From assembly GCF_006345805.1 (NCBI RefSeq), contig NC_043001.1, positions 132,618,001 through 132,682,000 on the forward strand: a stretch of 64,000 nucleotides of DNA, read 5' to 3'. This stretch comes from Octopus sinensis (lineage: Eukaryota). Under the pieces are notes generated by a model. It worked only from the letters and a program-made list of their open reading frames with translations, searched no databases and was not told where the DNA came from. Position numbers and translations under genes: made by a program. Below, in pieces: positions 50,497-64,000 of this stretch (its first letter is position 1; the number at the start of each line of letters is the position of its first letter).

Positions 50497-51098
50497 CAGT
50501 AATCCCTTGACTATTGTAGGTGTTATTTCCCAAAACCCCTTGCAATATCCGCGAAGTGGAAACAGTACTGTACTGTATATTTTTTTATTATTTTTATAAT
50601 TTGCATATATTTATTTTATTATAAATGCAAAACACCATGGAGGAACCAACGTAAGCTTAAATAATAGACTGCGATAGGTGAACCACGATAGGTGAACCAT
50701 AATAGGTGAACCGCAATAAGTGAACCACGATAGGTGAGCCACGATAGGTGAACCATAATAGGTGAACCGCAATAGGTGAACCACGATAGGTGAACTATAA
50801 TAGGTGAACCACGATAGGTGAACCACAATAGGTGGACCACGATAGGTGAACCATAATAGGTGAACCATAATAGGTGAACCACAATAGGTGAGCCACGATA
50901 GGCGAACCATAATAGGTGGACCACGATAGGTGAACCATGATAGGTGAGCCACGATAGGTGAACCACGATAGGTGAACCATGATAGGTGAACCGTGATAGG
51001 TGAGCCACGATAGGTGAACCACAATAGGTGAACCACGATAGGTGAACCGTGATAGGTGAACTGCGATAGGTGAACCATGATATGGTGAGGGATTACTG
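50497..51098. mobile_element. TA-flanked Tc1/pogo-type MITE containing a 14-bp x29 tandem array
   Basis: TIRs cagtaatccct and agggattactg with TA flanks; array gataggtgaaccac spans 50673-51078 with no indels. Confidence 0.9.
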
Positions 51099-51410
51099 TA
51101 TCACAAAATGTTCTGTGCAAAGCTCTGACAAATTCCATATTTAGCCACCTAAGGAACTATAATAGACAAATGGAAATTTTCTAAGCATTTTCAGCTTCAT
51201 ATGCATTGAAGAATTCAGAGCACAGTTTAGAATTTTTTGATATGTATATATATGTGTCACTAGAAGAATTGTCTATATTCTTTTTGCACACATGAAAAAA
51301 AATTAAAAATTAAAGAAAACATTGGTGCTGATTTTCCTGCTATGAAAGGAAATGTATCTACAAGATCTAGTATGGCTGCTTTGAAGTATAACATTGTTTA
51401 TATAAAAGAT

Positions 51411-51568
51411 GTTCGATTCACTTCAACATTTAAGTTTAATTTGTCAAAATAATTTCGTCGCTTTAAGACCATGACCTGTTCACGGATTTTTGTCAGTGAA
51501 CAGGTCGCGGTCTTAAAGCGACGAAAATATTTTGACAAATTAAACTTAAATGTTGAAGTGAATCGAAC
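51411..51568. repeat. Hairpin, 73-bp arms with 12-nt loop
   Basis: 51411-51483 pairs with 51496-51568 with few mismatches. Confidence 0.92.
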
Positions 51569-52159
51569 GGCTTTTGTGTGTTTCTTAAATGGCTTACAAA
51601 CACCTTCCACGCTGCAATTGTTTTCGTTTCAGCACACGATCTCAGATCAAATCACTTGCTATGCAAGCACATCTCCGTAATTGTTTATATATTCTATATT
51701 TTTATTAATAGGTCCCAGCAAGAAGCCCTTGTAGGCCTTCTAAATTCAGGAAATGCATAAAACATGGGAAGTTGACACTTTCTTTTATAGGCTGAAGGGA
51801 ATAGTTGAGGAAGGACAGTAAAAGGATACAGTTCTACACATGAAGTTTTCTCAAAGTGTTTACTGTGAAGTTCTTATGGGGTGACATATAATATAGATGA
51901 TCGAAAAACAAAACAAAAAAAAACGATGCATTTAATCTAGATGTGATATTCAGTCAACACATTTAAAGAAGCAGAGATCCCTGTAATCTCAGTAGAGAAG
52001 CAATAGTGAAGACAGTCTCTGAGCAGGTCATTGATTATGCACTGTAAAGTGAAGGGTGAAATTTTATGCATCAAGTAAACTGCATTTTGTAAGCAGTATG
52101 TTTTGGAGCCTTTTAGAGAGTTGGTAACTATTCACAACATTTCTGCTCATCAGGTTTGA

Positions 52160-52372
52160 CGAGCTGGCAGAAACGTTAGCACGCCGGGTGAAATGCGTAG
52201 CCGTATTTCGTCTGCCGTGACGTTCTGAGTTCAAATTCTGCCGAGGTCCACTTTGCCTTTCATCCTTTCGGGGTCGATTAAATAAGTACCAGTTGCACAC
52301 TGGGGTCGATATAATCGACTTAATCCGTTTGTCCCCTCTGTGTTTATCCCCTTGTGGGTAGTAAAGAAATAG
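52160..52372 (+). mobile_element. SINE family B
   Basis: Colinear with 17640-17869. Confidence 0.88.
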
Positions 52373-53604
52373 GTTTGGCTCATATGAATTGCATTTTGAA
52401 CTAATCAGATATGTCAGTGAAGTAACGCCATTTTCTAACATGAGATTTGAAACAAAGTTTATAACTTTCATATAGCAAAGTTTCACCATCTGCACAATGC
52501 TAACATGTCTTGGAAACAACTAGTAGCATTAGTGCCTTCTTTATTAAGCAGCTTGTTAGGCATTTTCAGTGGCAGGTTTTTTTGTAGTTTTTCTTCTTTT
52601 TTGTTTAATGATAGAATTATCAAAATAACAAGGAATTGTCTAGTACCAAAAAAAAAAAAAAAGAAAACTGGATAGTAAAAGCAGAATTAGTTGCGAGAAG
52701 ATAAAGGAGAATTTTTTTAATTGTGACTGATTTTTACTTTCATTTCCCCCCTTATTTAGTTGTTGTTGTTATTCATATTAGAATGGATTGAGTCCTAGAA
52801 TGATTAATAATATCATTATTACAGCTTTGAATTCTTTATTGTTTATCTTAAACTGAGTTTATGCACATTAATTAGCATCTGAAAGAGGCAAAATGAATAC
52901 TTTGGCAATAATTTAAAAATCTATTTTCAGCTGTAGTTGTTTCTTATAAGACTCTTCATTATTTGACCTTTTGCTACCATACTCAATCATGTCCTTTGCA
53001 TTAGGAAAAAAATCAATATGAATCCAAATTTAATGACATAGTTGTGACTGGATTTTTTCAATAATTAATTTCTGGCCTTTTCATTTCTTAATTTTCTGTG
53101 TTTTTATATTAAGTTGAATACAGCTTAAATTACCCCCTCCCTACACATAAAGAAACAAATTGAGAAGACTAAAAAAAAAAATTAATAAATAAATAGATTA
53201 ACAACAGCAACAATTAGTCCATAATAATGTGGCAAGTATCATTGTTTGATTCTTACAACAGTGGTCCAACATTTAGAGAAAAATAAAAAATAAAACACGA
53301 GAATATGATAAACCGTATGCAGTAGGTTGTAAACAAACACACGCAAGTACACACATATACACACCCAATTAAAAAGCATGTGAAGTAAAGATGCTGGATA
53401 ACTAGCAACATAGTCATCAGTTCAAATCTCCTTCCAATAGTTAGGTAGACTATAATTAGAAAGAACTTCCAGGAGTGAAAACAATTGGTCCAGTAAATGG
53501 AAAATACTTTTTTCGAAAGACAACACTGATATATAAAAAAAAAAGACGAAAACAACAATGCACATACACACACACAAACACACAAATACACACACAAACA
53601 CACA

Positions 53605-53653
<49 letters not shown>

Positions 53654-53865
53654 GGTGGCAGTTCTTTGTGTTCAAAGATTATGAAGAAGAGTGGCTACAT
53701 CTTCGTGTTATATTCATCTTACTTTCATTGTTGCAGGGGTTTTCCATTGTCCCTGCACTTAATGGTTTTAAAATGGGAGTCAGTCTGCACCATCTGGTCC
53801 TACTCTTCGGACTTGGAAGGTCAGAACAGAGTGGCTCAGCAGTCTAAGGCAGCTGTGGTGACCAG

Positions 53866-54491
53866 TAAGCTGTAGGTTTTACATTAGGGTGGCCTTCTCC
53901 TAGGTAAATTGACTTACAGAGTCAGAGAGCTCCACTCTGAATAAGAGTGTAGTAACTTGGCATGCAGAGTGGATGGGAATCTTTTACCCACTGGTAGAAA
54001 CCTTTTTAGTGGTAGTGACACAATAAAATGCTGTTAGCCTAATCCCTAAGACCTAAGCTGTAGGTTTTACATTAGGGTGGCCTTCTCCTAGGTAAATTGA
54101 CTTACAGAGTCAGAGAGCTCCACTCTGAATAAAAGTGTAGTAACTTGGCATGCAGAGTGGATGGGAATCTTTTACCCACTGGTAGAAACCTTTTTAGTGG
54201 TAGTGACACAATAAAATGCTGTTAGCCTAATCCCTAAGACCTAAGCTGTAGGTTTTACATTAGGGTGGCCTTCTCCTAGGTAAATTGACTTACAGAGTCA
54301 GAGAGCTCCACTCTGAATAAAAGTGTAGTAACTCGGCATGCATAGTGGATGTAACTGAATAAAAGTGTAACTGAATAAAAGTGTAGTAACTTGGCATGCA
54401 GAGAGGCATGCAGAATTTTTTACCCACTGGTAGAAACCTTTTTAGTGGTAGTGACAGAATAAAATGATGTTAGCGTAATCCCTAAGACCTA
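53866..54491. repeat. 188-bp tandem triplication
   Basis: Units start at 53866, 54054 and 54242; the third has extra internal micro-duplications. Confidence 0.92.
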
Positions 54492-55665
54492 CATAACTAA
54501 CTAAATTTGATGGATTTTGTATGTTGCTGAGTGTGCTAGGCTATGAGATGAAGGACTACAGTCGATGGTGAGATGAAGAACCATGACAGGTGTTTGATGA
54601 AGCACTACAGTGGGTAGCATGATGAAGTAATATTATGGGTGATGAGACGAAGAACTATTGCAGGTGACAAGACATTGTTAAACCTATCCAATACTTAACA
54701 GCATGGAACAGACACAAGATGATGGCAGTGATGCTTTTGATTTCACACACAATCATATATATAGGTAGAGGTACTGAGTACATGAGATGTTTTGACACAT
54801 TTTACCATTAGCCAGAATTTTTTCTTTGCGGTATATGCATTTGTCATTACACTAGTTAACTAACTTAAAGTTCAAGTAAAACCTATTTCCTCTCTGTCCT
54901 TGCTTTTTCTACTTGCTAAAACACTACTACATGTTTTCAAAATTTTTGTCTTGTCTCCACTCTGTTGATTACCAACACAACTATCTTATTCATACCTCTA
55001 AGGTAGCAGTTCTATCTCAAAGTGTCAAAACTGCCAGAATCATAAACAAAAGAGCTGATGAGGTCTAAATTTTTATTTCTTCAATTTCTGTGTTATGTGT
55101 TGCTTTTTTCATTTGTGCCCTATTCATTATATTATGATTGTCAACACATATAGCCAAATTTTCTCATATTTTGTTTTTTAGACACACAGATATAGAGCCA
55201 TATATCTCTCTATATAACACACACACGCATAATATATACACACTCAGAGATATACACATATATAAATGCATACACCCGCACTCACAGACAGACACAAACA
55301 TACACACACACACCTGCATTTGCAACACAATTTATTCAAGAGGGATCAAATTTCTACTTAATAATAATCTCAGAATAATCATTTATAATGATGACACACA
55401 AACAAGGAGACAGATAATTTGATAGATAGATGATACAGAAGACCAATGGACAAACAGACAGGCAGACAGGCAGGCCAAGAGACAGGCAGGCCAAGAGACA
55501 GGCAGACAGACAGACAGACCTATAGACAGACAGACCGACAGACAGACAGATAGACAGACAATGGGTAGATAGACATATTGATAGAGAGATAAACAAATAG
55601 CTAGATATCAAATATTTAGTCAGATATTCAGATATACAGACAGACATACAGCCAATAGAGAGAGG

Positions 55666-55669
<4 letters not shown>

Positions 55670-55736
<67 letters not shown>

Positions 55737-55773
55737 CATACATACATACATACATACATACATACATACATAC

Positions 55774-55804
<31 letters not shown>

Positions 55805-55812
55805 CATACATA
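55670..55812. repeat. (GATA)n plus (CATA)n microsatellite
   Basis: Directly visible. Confidence 0.95.
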
Positions 55813-55867
55813 ATTAGATAGAAAAGCATAGTCAGACACTCAGGCAGACAGATAGGAAAAAAGTGAG

Positions 55868-55910
<43 letters not shown>

Positions 55911-56399
55911 AGGAAGATAGGGAGAGAAATAGACACAGAGAGAATGAAATAGACAAAAGACAGACAAATAGAAATAGATAAAGATAGATACATACATAAA
56001 AATGCTAAATATATAATCATGCATATCACTATATTCTACCTTATCCCCAATAAAAAAACAGCATTTACATCCTCTAAGTATGGGAAAAGATCTCACGCAC
56101 ACTTACATAGACAGAGCCAAAAGCTTACACATGAATTGACATGCATTAAAAAACACAAACAAAAAGTGCAGAATTAGAAAATGAAATAAAAAGCAAAATT
56201 TAAAACTGGAGGTATAGAAAAAGAAAGAAAGACAAAAGTGCAATTTACAGATTATATACAAAATGTTTTCATAACAAGAAGATATTTGACTTTGATGTTT
56301 ACACGATGAGCATTTCTTAAGGAAAGTTGAAACTTTATATCTATGTCTAAATATAATATACATACATATAGATGTGTATGTAAATATGTGTGTGTATGT

Positions 56400-56960
<561 letters not shown>

Positions 56961-57540
56961 TGTTTCATTTTTTTTATTCTTTAAATGATTTTTTTTTCAT
57001 TTTCTTTTTCACTCTTGCTTTATCAATTTATTTATTCTAAATATTGTCCTCGCCTCCCACCATTCAACAAACTAAAGTGGAGAGATTTGTTTCAGGAAAT
57101 GAAGTGGTGTTTTCTTGTCTGATGGATGAATTAAACTCCATTAAAAATTCCCTGGCTGTGATTATGCAATCAGAAATCTTTATACAAAATAGTTCATCGA
57201 CTTCCTAGCCATCTTCCCCTCAAGTGATTTCTTCTTGGCTTTTTTTTTTTCATTTTATATTTTTCCTTCATGTTTTGCAAGTAAAATGAGAGCATATATT
57301 TTGTGCTAATTTGCAAAAGAAATATAACCACTAGAATGCAATCTTTATTTGAATCTATATTTTTTATTAATTTTCTCTTACTATAATGATTATACAATCA
57401 TTTCTGGACGATTACCATTTTTCAGTTATCTTGCTTTTATTCTTTAGGTTCCATATTTTTTTTTTTTCAATTTCAAGTTTGTATGTTTTGCCTAATGTTT
57501 CTTTCATTCCATCTTTTGCATTTTCATATTATCATTCTCC

Positions 57541-57585
<45 letters not shown>

Positions 57586-57931
57586 CCTTCCGTTACTCTA
57601 TCCCTCTCACCTACTCTTTATATCTATATACCATCCGACAAAAGGCATTCCGCTTTTCAATGATTAGATAGATACTGAGAAATAAAGAAGTATAGTTTTT
57701 GCTTCTTTATTGAATTGAGATATAATTAAATTATATATTTCCTATGAGAAGGATTGTAAATAAAAGGATGCCCCAGTTTAACAAACAATTATGGTAAAAA
57801 TATAACAAAAAAGGCATGAGAAACCAACAAACAGACCAAATAGAAAAAAAAATGGTTGTCTCGAAACATGAAAATTAAGAGTAAGAAAACTTGCTGTGTA
57901 AACTTTCATGTGCTTTGATATATGTTTATAA

Positions 57932-57982
<51 letters not shown>

Positions 57983-58269
57983 ATACACACAGAGAAAGAG
58001 AAAGAGAGGGAGATAATTATATATAACATATATATACATAGTTATAAATTATATATATTTATTTACATATATATAAACACTCACACACACACGCACACAC
58101 ACAGATATATACACCTATATAAATATATAAATATACATGCATATATATATAAACATAAGCATATATATACGTAAGTATGCTTTTATGTATGTATATACAC
58201 ATAAATTTATAATATATATATATATGTAAATATATATATGTATATGTATGTATATATATATATGTTACG

Positions 58270-58303
<34 letters not shown>

Positions 58304-58304
58304 C

Positions 58305-58463
58305 ACTCACAGAGTGGTTGGTGTTAGGAAGGGCATCCAGCTGTAGAGACACTGCCAGGTCAGACTGGAGCTTGGTGCAGCCTCCTGGCTTCCCAGACCC
58401 CGGTCGAACCATCCATCCCATGCTAGTACAAAAACGGACGTTAAATGATGATGATGGTGATGA
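58305..58463 (+). mobile_element. SINE-like family C, 3' part
   Basis: ggttggtgttaggaagggcatccagctgtag...acgttaaat(gat)n. Confidence 0.8.
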
Positions 58464-58480
58464 TATACATACATTTATAT

Positions 58481-58523
<43 letters not shown>

Positions 58524-58532
58524 TTACATACA

Positions 58533-58569
<37 letters not shown>

Positions 58570-58799
58570 TTTCTGTCTCCCAAATCCACTCATAAGGTTT
58601 TGGTTGGCTCAGGTGTTTAAAAGAAGGCACTTGCCCAAAGTTCCAGAGTGGGACTGAACCAAAAATCATATGGTTATCTCAGATATCTTTTTAAACACAG
58701 CCATGGACAGCTTGGTTGTATGCAACAAAGGAAATAAAAACACAATATCTCGTCCAAAAATAAAACTGTTTTAAAAAATCAAAAGATATCACCTAGATT

Positions 58800-59215
58800 A
58801 TGGCTGTGTGATAACAGCTTACTCAAAGTAGCCACTCTCAGTTTCTGGTACAACCTCATGATGGCTCTGGAACCTAGTGCATGCATTCCTCACGGTGTCC
58901 CGGTTGTCCCAGTAAAGATATTCAAATGCCTAGGTGTTGCAGGCAGAGAAGTTGATGTCTTTCTCAACTGTGCCCCTCACACAATAATCCATTGGATTAC
59001 AGTTGGAGGGATTAGGAAGCCAGGAATTGGGGCAAGTGAAGTCATAGAATTCTCCAACGACCACTTCTGACTCTTTGTGGAGGTAAGGTTAGAAGCCAAA
59101 TCTGGCTGTCACATAAATAGCCTTCTGGCATCAAACCTCTCCAGCCAGGGTTTGACCAAAGTCTTCAGCAGCTTCACATAGCCACCTGAATTAAGCCTAA
59201 GGCCCTGTTTATCAT
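58800..59215 (-). pseudogene. Tc1/mariner transposase remnant with DD37D (maT-like) spacing
   Basis: QGLRLNSGGYVKLL...QPDLASNLTSTKSQKWSLENFYDFTCPNSWLPNPSNCNPMDY (37 residues between the two D), ending RDTVRNACTRFQSH..GYFE*. Confidence 0.78.
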
Positions 59216-59321
59216 GAATTCTGGCATGCAGATGCATTTAAACACCTGCTCCATCTCTTTCTACTGGCCACAGCCTCATAATCCATGTCACATATTTATT
59301 GCCCATGTCACATATTTATTT

Positions 59322-59550
59322 CTTTATTGCCCACAGGGGGCTAACCATGGAGGGGACAAAAAAGGACAAACAAAGAGATTAAGTCGATTACATCAACCCC
59401 AGTGCATACCTGGTACTTATTTAATCAACCCTGAAAGGATGAAAGGTAAAGTCGACCTTGGCAGAATTTAAACTCAGAACATAACAGCAGATGAAAAACT
59501 GCTAAGCATTTCACCTGGCATGCTAACAATTCTACCAGGTCACTGCTTTT
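59322..59550 (-). mobile_element. SINE family B
   Basis: Reverse complement of the family consensus; duplicated catatttatt..ttattgccca at the junction. Confidence 0.8.
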
Positions 59551-59789
59551 GCCCATGTCATATATTACAGCCTTTACAGAGTTCACAGGGATTTGATACC
59601 TAGTGCAAATCAACATGATACAGATAACTCTTTTCCAATGTCAGCTAATTTTTTTCTCCATGTCAACCAATGTTTTCTCAAATAAAATTTTAATCTTTAT
59701 GTTCTCCAATATTATTGACTGTTCACCAGTACATCAAGCTGTTTCTAGAAAATGATGACATAAAAAAAATCATCAAATTTAGCCCAAAC

Positions 59790-59828
<39 letters not shown>

Positions 59829-60568
59829 ATATATATATAAAATGGAGATAGATTATCCAGGCAGGTATCATTTGAGCACTCAATTCTAATCCAGGTTATG
59901 GGTAACTATGTTGAGTAGTAAGGAGCACCTAGGATTAATTAAGGTAAACATTCCTAATGTATTTCATCACATGAGTAAATCTTGGGTTTACATTGCTGGA
60001 TTATAAATATTTTACAAAATGTATATCCAAGACAATTACAATGAATACAGAGATTAGTAAATCTGTATATTTTTTTGTATTTCTCCAATCAGTTATACAG
60101 CATATTTCACTTAAATGTATCCAGCACATATCTATGCTGCACAGGCACCTTCAGAATTGCATTTGCATCCAGTCGAAAGTAACTGGATGTAAATGCAATT
60201 GTGTTATGTATATGCAGCAGAAACATGCATTGGACACATTGAAATCAAATATGCGATATAATTGACAGTGAAAATAGAAGATACGCAGATGTACTAATCT
60301 CTGCATTCATTGTAAGTGTTATTTAATTATATATATGCATATATAATATAGATCATCATCATCAGTTAACATTTGCTTTCCATGCTAGCATGGGTAGATA
60401 CATTATATATAGGATATATACATATATATGTATATATATATAAATATATATGCGTATATGATATAGATTTTATATACAATATATTGTATATAAAATATAT
60501 ACATACACATGTATATATATAAATATATATATAAATATATATATATATAAAATATATACATACATATG

Positions 60569-60609
<41 letters not shown>

Positions 60610-60894
60610 TAATATAGATATATATAAATATATACATACATATGTATATAAATATATATATGCATATATAATATAGATATGATATATTATATATAAAATA
60701 TATATATACATATGTGTGTGTGTATCAAATCTATACATAGATAGATAATAGAGAGAAATAGGTGTTAAAATTATGAATGTAATGCGATAAAAACATACAT
60801 AACATATATAAATATATCAATATATACAATAGATATGAATATTATTCATAAATATATAAAATATCTAATGTATATATATGTACGTATCTATGCA

Positions 60895-61985
60895 TTATTA
60901 AATACATATGCTATTGTATATGCTTTGTGTATTTTCTAGTGGCTGCAATAACATAGCAGAGCATAAACTCTCATTTCACTGGTGTTAAAACACCTGAGAA
61001 TCATGGACAGGCAAGATAATTCACCCTCAATCCCACTTGGGAATGATGGACATTGGCGTTTCACCATTTTCGAGGCTTGTCAGTATCATGCACCCACTTT
61101 GGTTGAAGGCGAATCACCTAGCCAGTCCACAACTTATATGCTCATAGCTTGTAAAATCATGTGCTGGTACGCCTGGAAATTGCATACCGAAGAGAAAATT
61201 TACTTCTTTATATATAAAAGTGAAGTTGTGTGTCTGTCTCCTACGATTTAGATTCCTAACTACTCCCACATGTTGCGGTGTAGTTTAACCAAAACCGGGT
61301 ATCTTATAGTCGTGATTCATATCAAGCCCTTCTGGGTATTAGCGCACGTCTATGATGAGTCTACAATTTAAAAAAATTTACCATAATTTTTCCGCATTTT
61401 TAATGCATTTTCGCTCGGTTTATATAAGGGAAGTAACTCTCTATAAATGCTTATATAGTTATTTCTCTTACAAACCCGAGCAACGCCGGGCGATACTGCT
61501 AGTATGAAATAAAGGCAGCTCTAGTGTAATAAATATTATTAAATCCATATACTAATGTATATACAAAAATACACAAAGCATATAAATTAGTATATGTATA
61601 TGTATTTAATAATATTTATGACACTAGAGCTGCTTTAACTTCATAAGTAAATTTTCCTGAGGTATGCAATTTCCGGGCATACCAGCTCATGATTTTACAA
61701 GCCAAGAGCATATAAGTTGTGGACTGGTCAGGTGATTAACCTTCAACCCAAGCAGGTGTGTGATGATGACAAACCACAAAAACGGCATGACATCAATGTC
61801 CATCTCTCTCAAATGGGATTGGGGGTGAGTTATCTCACCTGTCCATGACTCTGAAGTGTTTTAACACCTGCAGCATGAAAGTTTTATACTCCACTACACC
61901 ATTGCAACCACTGGAAAATTCACAAAGCATATACATCAGCACGTGTATTTAATAATATTTATTACACTAGAGCTGCTTTTACTTC
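60895..61985. repeat. Large fold-back element (~360-bp arms) interrupted by a Helitron
   Basis: 60895-61204 plus 61503-61545 is the reverse complement of ~61600-61940. Confidence 0.82.
61205..61502 (+). mobile_element. Short non-autonomous Helitron
   Basis: 5' TCtttatatataaaag; 3' cccgagcaacgccgggcgatactgCTAG. The intact opposite arm shows the empty site. Confidence 0.9.
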
Positions 61986-62642
61986 AGATGTGAATATGTA
62001 TGTGTGTGTGTGTGTGTATGTACACCAATATTTTACACATACATGTACACTTGAACATGGGAAGACCTTTTCCTGAGAAAATAGCTTCGGGAGAAATCTC
62101 TCCTCTTAGATGATGTGTGAAAAGACATTGGATTGTGGAATGCATGCATTTCTGCCTTATTATAAGTCATCAGCTATAGAAACCAAATTCATTTATAGAC
62201 ATATCAGATTGATAATTGATATATATATTTTCATGTGACAAGTGGATTTACCCCATGACTTTAGAAAAACATCTTAAGTAGTGGGCCAGACTGACAATTC
62301 TCTAATTAGACCTCATCACTTCCTAGCACTGGACCTGTGTATAATATAGTAAAGTCAAAAAAAGAGTACAGTGAACGTGCTGTGGTGAGTGGAAAAACTA
62401 AAGTGCAGTCAGTTTTTCTAACTTAAAGATTGTAAATCTCTGTTGTGTCTAATTTCTCGCCTTCCAACTTTTTCCTGAAGAATGTCTGTGTCTGAAACGT
62501 TAGATTTTCCACTCCCCATAGCAAGTTACCTGTACTCTTTTTAATTAACTCAACTAAATAATACAAGTTTCGCTGATGCAGACCAATATCAGTTTCTTTG
62601 GTGGCTGTTTGATTGCATATAACATATATGTATATATATAGA

Positions 62643-63720
62643 TAAACCTTACTTGGAAGAGGATGCATGGCATTCAATCATATAATAATATAAATAATAT
62701 ATACACACACACACATATATGTATATATGCATATATACATACGTATATGTACATACTTACATCTATACTTATATATATATATGCATATATGGGCACAGGA
62801 CATCGTGAAACATGTTTAACAAAAAATACAAAATACAAGTGCATGGAATATGAACAATTTTTCAAACAACAAAAGACACAAATGGAAAACAAGACAAACA
62901 ACATACAGAACGACCCTTAATCAGTTGTCGGCTGTTTTTCTATTCTCGTATTTTGAGCATTTAACAACAATATATGCTTTCGATAAAACAGTTGCTCCCG
63001 CAAAGCAAATTAAATCAAAGTTTGGATTTTGCAGAGGGTCAAAATTGAACAGGAAGTGCTGCTAAGCCTAAATAAGGCTGTGGTGGCGAATGCGTAAGTT
63101 TTATCTTAATAATTCTGATGCGCACTCTATACAATCTTTTTACTCTTTCATTTTTCCCTCTTTCTCTCTCTTATTCTTTTACCTCCTCTTCTCCCACTAT
63201 TCTATTCAATTACTCTCTCACTCTCTCTCCCTCACTCCTCCTCCCTTGCTCACGTGGCTCCCACATTACCATCAACCATCTTTCTTTCTTCTCCTAACTT
63301 GTGTTTCTTTCTCTCCGTTGTAGCTGGAACAAGGAAGACGTGTTCTTGTCTGTCTCCTGTCCAAGCTTGATTTACACATTCACCACCACAACCTCGTTTA
63401 GGCTTAGCAGCCCTTCCTGTTTATTTTCACTGTCCTGTTTGTGTTACCAATTTTGACCCTCTGCAAAATCCCAAATTTTATTTAATTCACTTTGTGGGAG
63501 CAACAGTTTTATTGAAATCATATATTGTTGTTAAATGCTCGAAATACAAGAGTAGAAAAACAGCCAACAACTGATTAAAGGTCGTTCTTTATGTTGTTTG
63601 TCTTGTTTTCCATTTGTGTCTTTTGTTAAGAAAAATTGTTCACATTCCATGTACTCGTACTTCGTATTTTTTTGTTGTACACGTTTCGTGACATCCTATG
63701 CCCACATATGCATATATATA
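62643..63720. repeat. Fold-back repeat, ~325-bp arms with ~270-bp pyrimidine-rich spacer
   Basis: 62775-63100 is the reverse complement of ~63372-63720; a solo arm is at 8440. Confidence 0.82.
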
Positions 63721-64000
63721 TATATATAATATCATTCATATTATATATATATCATCGCCACACAAAGTTGTTATTGTGCATTTCATGTAAAGAAAAAGTA
63801 TCTTTAAAATATTATAATTATAACATGCAATGCGATATATCTACAATGCAAAAAACCCATTTTAATCCCCAATCAAGAAAGCAATAAAGATTTTAAATTT
63901 TCTTAATCTGCACATGCAAAGAGTCCAAGCAATATGATTCTAACATTATAAATTTTAAATGAACTCCCTACTACATTCTGCCCAAGAAATACTCCTTGAA

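Noticed and set aside
50611-51138. ORFs of 175, 129 and 75 aa with repeated HLSWFTYRGSPIV, and CRISPR-like regularity
   Set aside because: Translations of the 14-bp tandem array. Units are contiguous with no unique spacers, and there are no cas genes in this eukaryotic context.

Overview
AT-rich, intron-dominated animal genomic DNA, not prokaryotic; no rRNA, tRNA gene or CRISPR array is seen. The SINE, LINE and MITE repertoire and microsatellite load are what I associate with Octopus/coleoid cephalopod genomes (inference). The one confidently identifiable host gene is a minus-strand kinesin-2, KIF17/OSM-3. It is represented by two motor-domain exons (41270-41037 and 27622-27257) that join in frame only through a 13.4-kb GC-AG intron; I could not find its other exons in the window. 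A weakly supported chain of small plus-strand exons (about 4.3-10.8 kb) may be a second, nested gene. Most of the rest is transposon debris: a full-length decayed DD36E Tc1-type element, DD34D and DD37D remnants, L1/Tx1, RTE, R4/Dong and Penelope-like fragments, at least four tRNA/LINE-tail SINE families, TTAA and TA MITEs, Helitrons and several long fold-back palindromes. The most notable structures are: (1) a multi-level nest of SINE > 3.2-kb Helitron > AT-rich repeat > Helitron dimer; (2) a MITE with 29 tandem 14-bp subterminal motifs whose variation is mostly CpG decay; (3) a (TAA)n-embedded ~620-bp non-coding retroelement next to Dong/R4 ends; (4) a Tx1 LINE embedded in (TATC)n. All coordinates and alignments were done by eye.
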